DNA of 64,000 bases from Eledone cirrhosa (Eukaryota): contig OZ024740.1 of assembly GCA_964016885.1 (NCBI GenBank), positions 400,458,001 to 400,522,000 on the forward strand, given 5' to 3'. Below the pieces are notes generated by a model. It was not told where the DNA came from. It worked only from the letters and a program-made list of their open reading frames with translations, and did no database searches. Shown here piece by piece: positions 55,249 through 64,000 of the stretch. Numbering within the stretch: position 1 is the first letter of the stretch; each line of letters opens with the position of its first letter. Made by a program: the position numbers and the translations under genes.

Positions 55249-56043
55249 GATCGGAACAAAATCCAGGCGAGTTGAACGGGCAACGGAGTCACAGATCCAA
55301 AGACCTATCGGTGCCGTCTGGGCACAAAAAACATATATAGCCCGGGGATCGAGATATTGCACTGTGGGTGTGCTCTTCGCTACACCAGAGGAAGCCAGAG
55401 CACACTCCATTGCACCACTCCGCAGCGACGAAATCACAATGATGCCCACATATTGTGGCCAGAGAGACGTAAGGTTTCGAGTAGGCCAGGTTCCACCATC
55501 AGTGGAGAGGGCGTGGCTGACGGCAGCCGTCCTCGCTGACGTTGAAGATTCAACAACCATAATCAACGTTATACGAATAAGACAGGAAAATTGGACAGGG
55601 TCGGGGATGGAGCTAATCATCCAAGCAAACCACGAAAGCGTTTAGGCCATCCCCGATGTAATAGACCTGGACGATGGCAGCCATCTACCCGTGACTGTTG
55701 AAGGTAGGCGCCCAAGGTGTCATGGATGCGGTGACAAGACGCACCTTAAGGCCCAGAATTACCAAAACAGGCACGCGTCCACCCCTTCTTCCCACGCCGT
55801 GCCCCGCAACTGGAGCAGATAAACAAACAAAGAACAGTGGCAGAAGAGAAATCACCATCCCCAACAACAAAAACACCATCTCTTCCACCACCCACAAAAC
55901 CAATGGAAAGCATACCCCTTCCTGATATAGTCAAATCGGACAAGGAGTGCGATGAGGCCGAAGAGTGGAGAACTATTCCAACAAAAAAAGGAAGAACTCC
56001 CTACCCTCATCCCCCCGAAAAAAAGAGGAAGAATGAACCTTAA
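55249..56043 (+). pseudogene. Tx1 ORF1 (gag-like) remnant with zinc knuckle
   Basis: VTVEGRRPRCHGCGDKTHLKAQ near 55690-55756; in-frame stop at 55643-55645. Confidence 0.75.
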
Positions 56044-56059
56044 AAAAAAAGAAAATGAA

Positions 56060-59000
56060 AACTGCCCGACCTCCCCCACGATCTTCGGCGACTACGCATG
56101 TACGCATCTCGCAGCCGTCCTGGATCGGGGGGTGGGGGGAGTTGCTGTGCTTTTTCGGAGAGGTTTGGATCTCGCCATACGGGCCATCTTCATGGACCCA
56201 GAAGGTAAGTTGGTGGTGCTGGACGTGACAAGCGGAGACGGGCAAGCTTTCGGGCTAGTGGCCGTCTATGCCCCGACAGGAGCAGGGGGCCTGATTTCTT
56301 CCGGCGTCTGGAGCCTTTTCTAGGAACTTTTAGTGGGCGACTGAAACGGAATCTTAGATGCACGCTGGGACTGTGTGGGATTATCGGATAGGGAAGGAGG
56401 GTGCAAGAGACTCACCAACCTGCTCAGGCGTTTTGAACTGTCTGACAGGTACCGATTATATTTCCCGAATGTGCCAATGTGGACTTAGACAAACCCCATC
56501 GGGTCATCCAGATCATATCTAGATAGAGTATTTTGTAGGGAAATAGATAGGTCTAGCATAGGCTGTCCACAATTCACGATAGTCAGCTACACAGACCACA
56601 AATTCGTGATCTGTGTGCTTGACTTAGATAGGCTTCATAGACAAGGACGCGGCTACTGGGAGCTAAACGCGTCATTACCAGCGCGCAAGGGTTACAGAGA
56701 CCGGATTAGCGAACTAGTTAAGCGGGCTTGACGAGGGCCATCGTCAACAACAAGTGGTGGTTTGCTCTGAAAAGAGCGATTAGAAGAGAGTCCATTAGGT
56801 TTAGTAAGGCTTTAGCAATAGAGAAAAATAGAGCAGTGGGAGAACTAGTTAGAAAATTAAACGAGGCGCTTAGAAAAGGCATCTCGACTGACGCACTTGC
56901 GGCGAAATTGGCCCTCGACCAATTCTTCAATGCAAAGCACGAAGGCTGCGTTGTCAGAACTAGGGTGCGTGCACTCAGACACGAGGGGACGAAAGCCGTT
57001 CAATGGGTCCGAGTGGCGGAGGCGCGTCGTGGAAACAAAGCCACGATCCGGTCTTTGGTGGACCACGACGGGCGCATGCTACTCGATTCCGGGGAAATGT
57101 GTGAAGCTTTTCAGCGACATTTCGCTCAGCTGTTTGGGGGCAGCGGTGGGCCGGATCGAGAGATGGACTTTAGTGTCTACCTCGACGGACTGCCGCGGCT
57201 CTCGGCCACTGGGGCGGAGTGTTGCGAAAAGCCGATAACAGCCGCTGAAGTACGGGAGGCAATGACTGGCTGCACAAGGGGTAAATCGCCTGGTTTGCAT
57301 GGTCTGCCCTATGAAATTTATGTACAGATGCCAGACTTGTTTGGAGGCCTCTTGGCGGACGTCTACTGTAACTGGCAACAGAACGGGAGAATTCCCAGCT
57401 CTGTGAGCCGAGGAGCGGTGGCGCTGCTGAGAAAGGATCCGAACAAGGGGGATAACATAGATAATTTCCGGCCCATAACTCTGCTAAACACAGAGTTCAA
57501 GATTTTTGCCAAGGTGCTAGCAAAGAGGTTGGTGCTTGGCGCTGGTGGTCTGGTGGGAGAGGCGCAGACATGCGCCATTCCCGACAGATGCACCGACGAC
57601 AACCTCCACCTCAAGCGGTACATCGTAGAGAGGGTAGCTAGGGAACCTGGAATGGGTGGGTCCTTGATCAATTTAGATCAGTCGAAAGCTTTCGATAGGG
57701 TTGACCATCGTTACCTAGCGGCAGTCCTGGAGGCGGCTGGCTTTGGGCCCGTTTTCAGAGGCTGGATCGCTGCCATGCACAGCGATATCTGCTCTGTGGT
57801 GAGAGTGAACGGTCGGCTTTCGGAACCGTTCAACATCATGCGCTCGGTCCGCCAAGGATATCCGCTCTCGTCCCTCTTGTACGTATTGACTCTCGAGCCA
57901 TTACTGCACAAACTGGAGACGTTGAGAGGGATCCCGCTCGAACTAGGATGCGGAAGAGCCGTTTCAGCATATACGGACGATGTCACCGTAGTGGTGTCGA
58001 ACGCCAAACACATCGAGGCGATCGGCACACACTAAGAGAATACGAAGCGGTGACAGGAGCAATGATCAACCAGGAAAAGTCAGTGGGCCTGCAGCTCGGC
58101 ACCTGGAGAGGCAGGTCCATGCCGTCCAACAGCGTCGTCGGGCGCTGGACGGACGGACCGGTTAAATTGCTAGGGGTCTGGTTCGGTCCAGACCTCCAGA
58201 CGGACAAAAACTGGGACGAGGTGACGAGCAGGGTGGCTTCTCTCACCCAGAAATGGGCGGAGAGGAAGCTATCCCTGAAAGGTCGAGCGGAGGTGGCTAA
58301 CGCCTACATCGCGTCCGTCATCTACTACCGCCTGACCGTCGTACCTTGTCCTAAGCCTCGCCTGACTGCGCTGGAGCGTTTGCTCTTTCGCTTCTTGTGG
58401 AAGGGACGCGCTCCGATGGTCAGGCGGTCCATCTGCTGTCAACACCCGCTACGTGGAGGGCTGGGCATGTCGTGGCTGATGATGCGCAGACACGCGCTCA
58501 GGCTACGACATCTCCACCTCTTCCTCGACGGTGATCAGGTGTGGTCGCCGTTTGCTAGACACGTTTTTCCCCAGCTCGTCTCCTTGACGGAGCTGCAGTC
58601 CTGGGTCAAGCGAAGGCCTAGAGGGAGCGCTTGGAGACTGGAATGTCTTCAGGCGCTCACAGCCCTCGACCAATCGGGCAATGTGATCGGTGGAAACTCC
58701 ACCTCGGCGTTCTATAGAGGATTAGTGGAGGGCAAGAGCGACGACGTACTTGGGGAAACTCTAGGCGTCGACGAAAATCAACTAGCCAATCTCTTCGGAA
58801 GAACTTTCGGGCCAGGGCCTATGGACAACTTCCAGAAATCTCTGGCCTGGCAGTGCTACCGAGGAGCCTTGCCAGTTCGGGATAAACTCTACAGGCATGG
58901 AGGTGCCGTCAGCCGGGCATGTCCGAGATGCGCGCAGGGCGACAAAACCGTCCTGCACGCACTCGTCCAGTGTCCGAAAATTGCTGACTTGTGGGTTTAT

Positions 59001-59303
59001 GTCGAACACCTGCTGTCGCGTTTAGGACGGATCCGGCTATCATCTGAGTCCATCGTGAGGATTACCCCGCCCTCCTCCTTTAGCCGGGAAGGGCAGGCAG
59101 TTTTTATCTGTCTGGTGGACATGGCGAAAGAGATAGTATGGTGGACACGTTTGAAAGGGCTGAAGACGAGCACTTACCTCTTTGGTGATGCTATGATTGA
59201 CTTTTTCAAATGTCATTTGAAAAGGAAAATCAGAGTAGAGAGGGAAGTGCTCTCTTCCCAGCATTTTGTTGAAAGATGGGTGAGAGAAGCAAGAATGGCC
59301 TGA
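56060..59303 (+). pseudogene. Tx1 ORF2 (APE endonuclease + RT + C-terminal Zn finger), disrupted
   Basis: VYAP, GD*N, SRSYLDRVF, TDHK (APE); FRPITLLN, LDQSKAFDRV, VRQGYPLS, AYTDDV (RT); CPRC..TVLHALVQC; frameshift near 58030. Confidence 0.92.
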
Positions 59304-59624
59304 GTGAATGGTCCTACTTTGAGTATATATCTGTAAATTAAAGGTGGAAAACTGGGAGAGGGCACTTGCCTTGGTGGTCAGAGTCATTGTGGCCTTTTAC
59401 TGGGCTTTCTCCACAAATGTCCCTCCGAAGTCTCCCCCCTATTGGGGAATTTTTCATTGTTATTTTTTGTTACATCCTCTGTTTTTGTTTTTTACACGCA
59501 GAAATGCCCATTTGTAACGTCCTGTATTGTCCTGCACTGTCCTTAATGTCTACTTTATGTAAACCCTTGTGGTTAATAAAGAAATCATTATTATTATTAT
59601 TATTATCATTATTATTATTATTAT

Positions 59625-59999
59625 TAACTTTGCCTTTCATCCTTACGGGGTCGATCAAATAAAGTACTAGTAATGTAGTGGGTAATTGCTGGCCTTGTGC
59701 CAAAAATAGAAACAATTATTATTATTATTATTATTATATTGTCTGCGATGGATCGGCAGTATCTGTAGGGCGTTAGACATGCTTTGCTGCATGCAATAAT
59801 AATAATAATAATTTCTACTGTAGTCACAAGGCCGACAATTTTGGGGGAGGGGAAAGTCGATTAAATCGAGCCCACTGCATTACTGATGCTTTATTTTATC
59901 GACCCTGTAAGGATTAAACGCAAAACTAATTTCTGGGGGATTTGAACTAAGAACGCAGAGGGCCGTAACTCCAAGCTGCAGAGCATGGTGTCTGACGCT
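59625..59999. mobile_element. Cluster of main-SINE pieces (plus 59625-59735, head fragment 59745-59790, minus 59795-59999)
   Basis: Homology to the family. Confidence 0.85.
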
Positions 60000-62131
60000 A
60001 TTAATTAAAACTGATATGTTTATCTGAGGCAACTCCGAATTTCGCATGACGTAGTCGGTAACGCGAAACGCTGAGAACGTGCGTGTCCGTGTGTAAACGT
60101 ATTCTTGAGTGTGTACGTGTCCTTCATGGTAATAAATTATTCTAATAATTTGACTTTATATGCAGAGTTTAATATGTCCAGCATGTGTTATGGTACTACA
60201 CACCGATTTTTTTTATTTAAACTATTTCAGTTCGTAATAACGGACAAAATATTTTTCCACTTCAGATTTTTTATATTTAAACTACTGAAGACCAGAGAAT
60301 TATCTACAGAAATAAAATCACATATGTTAATTATATAGTACTAAGAGGAATTACATAATATATTTTAGATCTCCTACCATTTAAAACTCTTGTATATATA
60401 TAGATATCTTAAGAGTAAATTGACGAAATATTAAGATATTTCTTTGTGGTTTTATATTACAGTTCCTGTTATCATAATTACGACTAAGAGTTACGTATTT
60501 GCTATACGGGCACTGCACCGGGATAAATACTTTTCTCTGTTATGTATTTATGTACAGATTCTAAATATGAATCTAAATGCACACATCTCTAGTTTAAGGC
60601 ATCTACAAAAATCGATATTACAATTAATATTTACCTAATAGTCCTACTGTGGTGATATATTGATTTTCCTGTTAAGTCAGATCTGATTAAAATGTTCAGT
60701 TGAATGTCTGCTCAAAACGGAAACAATGATATTGATATTGATAAACGTTTATATCTTGAGTATGTTAAGGTGTGTACAGTGAAATAATGTTCTCAATATT
60801 TATTTGATGATAAATATAGACCAGTATATAAGCAGATTTACTTAAGGTTTTCATTGCGAGCTGAAGACTTTGCATAATTAATGTCCTTAGGGATGGGATA
60901 TATGTTACTAAGACCCATGGTTAACTTACCTCCAAAAAAATGCCTTTCTAAGAAGAAAAAACCAATACTCCCATTAACCTTTTGATACTAACCCGATTTT
61001 GTTACCAACCATCGATTTTAAAGCGTCCCTACTTAAATGTATACCTTCTTTCTTAACTTTGTAAGGATATTTTATTATGCTGCAAATGCCATCTTAATAT
61101 TATTATAATCTTAGGAAATACTTCTCAAATTCTTCATTCATTACTTACTTAAAACATGAAGTATTTTATTAGAAATACGATAACAAAAGTGTTAATGTTC
61201 ACAACATATTTACATCTGGAATATTTTTGTCGAATTGATTTGTCAATCTAAAATAAACTCGTTGACATTTATTATGTAAGCAGCACGATTTTATTTGATC
61301 TTTTTTTCAGAGCAGAGGATCATAAAAAAATATCTTTTGATGAACAAATCATACACACGTGTGTTGCAAAGCAAATCGCTATCGTAGCTAATAACGGTAT
61401 TTTATAATTAAGAAAGCTTAAGACCCAGACACTACTACTTAAGAGAAATACCATAAAACACGGGTGTTGGACGTGTCTGGTTTCTTAAACAACACCACCA
61501 CAACATAACTAAATCATCACTACCACCGACATTATCACCATCGAGCAGCAAGTGAGCTGCTATACTCTAGCTTGATCTGCTGGAAATAGCAACCAAATTA
61601 TTTTAAGTTACAGAATATTGCCTTAATTAAATAAACATTACCTTGATCAATATATATCGGAACAATTCCAAAATGATAGTCACGTCTGGATTGAATCAGC
61701 ACCAACGACATAACTACCACCATCACTACCTTCAATACTATAACAACAACATCTACGGTTATGTCAGAAGTGCTGGCTAGGACAAATTACTTTCTGAAAT
61801 CTTTTTAGCCGAATTCCTACCCAAAATAATTAAGAATGTTTCTTATATTTTTTATAATCATCTAATATAAAATAAGAAGAAATAATTTAAACACTATTTC
61901 TAATTAATGTTTTGCTTTCTTTTAATGTACGAAAATATCAAAACTGTCATTAAGCTAACCATAAACACAATCACTCACCCTAAATTAGGCTGTCGAATAA
62001 TCGCCTTGATACGAAAATGGATGCCCAGTTATAAACATTCATTTGCTGAGGATAGGTTAAAGAAAGAAATCTTTTAATACAAACACACAAACACACACAC
62101 TGACACACAGACACTCACACACGCATATGTA

Positions 62132-62222
<91 letters not shown>

Positions 62223-62318
62223 GGTGTGGGGTATGTGTGTGTATATATGTTTATCCCGGGCTCAATCGAGGGTAACCACAGTAAGTAAAGTACTCAATAC
62301 ATAATATTTCTATATTAA

Positions 62319-62417
<99 letters not shown>

Positions 62418-62887
62418 CTGTCTGTTTATTTGTTTGTTTGTTCACGAACCCCTCCTATGGTTTTCGACACCCATAACCATTTATATTCTGAAACTACATT
62501 GCTCAAGGTACTTGGTTAAGTATATTTCATTCTAATCAAAACATTCCTCGGAGGCACAAAACCCCCGCTGAAAATGTTTCCCCTTCGATGTATATGAAAT
62601 TTAAACCCTAGGTAAAGATATGATGCCTATTCACAAAAGTTTTGAATTGATATTTTGAAAAAATTATTTACAAGAAACAAAATAAGAATAACAATTTAAT
62701 AATGTAATTTTGATTTGATATATTACAAAAAATAATGTTTTCCAATTGTTCATGCATTACATTTTACATTGAGTAATATTAAAACGCAAATTTTTTCTCC
62801 ATAAATTATATCACTGATTTAAAATCAATCATCATTTTCTTACAAAAAAAATGTGTGAAACGCTGCAAGGCGCGGGTAATTCGGCTA

Positions 62888-62969
<82 letters not shown>

Positions 62970-63371
62970 GAGTGAGAGAGAGAAAGAGAGAAAGAGATTG
63001 ACAGACAGAGAAATTGTGAGTATGGGTCTGTATGTTTGTAGAAGAGAAAGTAATGTGGTATTTGGGAAATATGAATTTCTCATCTTGATACAAGAAGACA
63101 AAATTGGGTGAGGATATTTAATTAAATCAAGCCACTAATTGCTAAATAATTATTTGCATATTGGAAATACGAAAGGTACAGTGTAATCAAAACATAAAGG
63201 GACATAGTTAAATACTTTATTTTACATTCAAGATATTCGAGAATATGATCAGAACAAAGAAAGTACAAGAGAAAGAAAAGAAAAACGTGAGGATAGATGG
63301 GCGGAGTATGATACGTGAGAATTGGAAAGCGACAATGTATGAGGAAAAATAATGTAAAACAATGTTAAATA

Positions 63372-63560
63372 ATTGTTTCTACTTTTGGCACAAGGCCAGC
63401 AATTACCCAGTGCATTACTGGTACTTTATTTTATCGACCCCGTAAGGATGAAAGGCAAAGTTAACCTCGGCGGGATTTGAACTCAGAATGGCAAGGGCCG
63501 TAACTCTATGCATCAAAGCATGGCATCCAACCCTCTACCGATACTGCCAATTCACCGCCC
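63372..63560 (-). mobile_element. Main SINE, full length, young, 13-bp TSD
   Basis: TSD aatgttaaataat at 63361-63373 and 63561-63573. Confidence 0.94.
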
Positions 63561-64000
63561 AATGTTAAATAATGTAGAAATAAAGTACACACAGATTTAC
63601 GTAAGAATATAAAAGTGTGACTGAGTAAGTGAGTAATAAAAGAAGTGAAAAATTGGGAATGTGGAAATGTAGAAGTGATATTAAGAAACAAATACTAATG
63701 CAAAGTAAATAGGATAAAGAGATAATGAGAAAGGTGAGAAACAAAGCGGTATGAGGCAGAGAGAGAGAGTGGAGAAGAGAAAAATGAAATTCTGTGTGGT
63801 GGAGAAATTATAAAGTGACATTTTACTTTCGAAACGACTGAGAATATTCAGTTTCAGTTAACTAGATTCCAATTTGAAACGAGACAGATACACTTTGCTC
63901 TTCATTTATCATGTGTTCGTAACATATGTTTTTAATATCTTCTTTGTTTTTCCGAGGTGGTGAAACGGCAGATTTGTTAAGGTATAGATAAAATGTTATT

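Larger units (their letters stand above)
55249..59589 (+). mobile_element. Tx1/L1-clade LINE, 5'-truncated within ORF1, inserted in an (ATT)n SINE tail
   Basis: ORF1 remnant, APE, RT, C-terminal zinc finger and 3' UTR with AATAAA; TSD-like attattattattattatcatt at 55228-55248 and 59590-59610. Confidence 0.92.

Overview
AT-rich eukaryotic (animal) intergenic or intronic DNA with no confidently identifiable host gene. The very dense (TA)n/(CA)n/(AG)n/(ATCT)n/(TAG)n microsatellites and the SINE/LINE repertoire fit a cephalopod (Octopus-like) genome; this is inference. The window holds about 25 copies or fragments of one tRNA-derived SINE, several with clear TSDs, plus other SINEs. An ~11 kb nested LINE cluster (48.9-60 kb) contains a near-full-length R4/Dong-type RLE LINE in a (TAA)n tract, a near-full-length Tx1/L1-type APE LINE in an (ATT)n tract and a decayed antisense Tx1 copy. 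There are also RTE fragments, decayed Penelope-like (PLE) remnants and two long minisatellites. The most striking signal is a set of non-coding, (TA)n-flanked fold-back elements from three unrelated sequence families. They share one architecture (inverted arms with 3' ends outward and a 45-85 nt tail on one arm only) and carry hammerhead-ribozyme-like motifs. A second notable signal is the similarity between the SINE 3' end and the Tx1 LINE 3' end.
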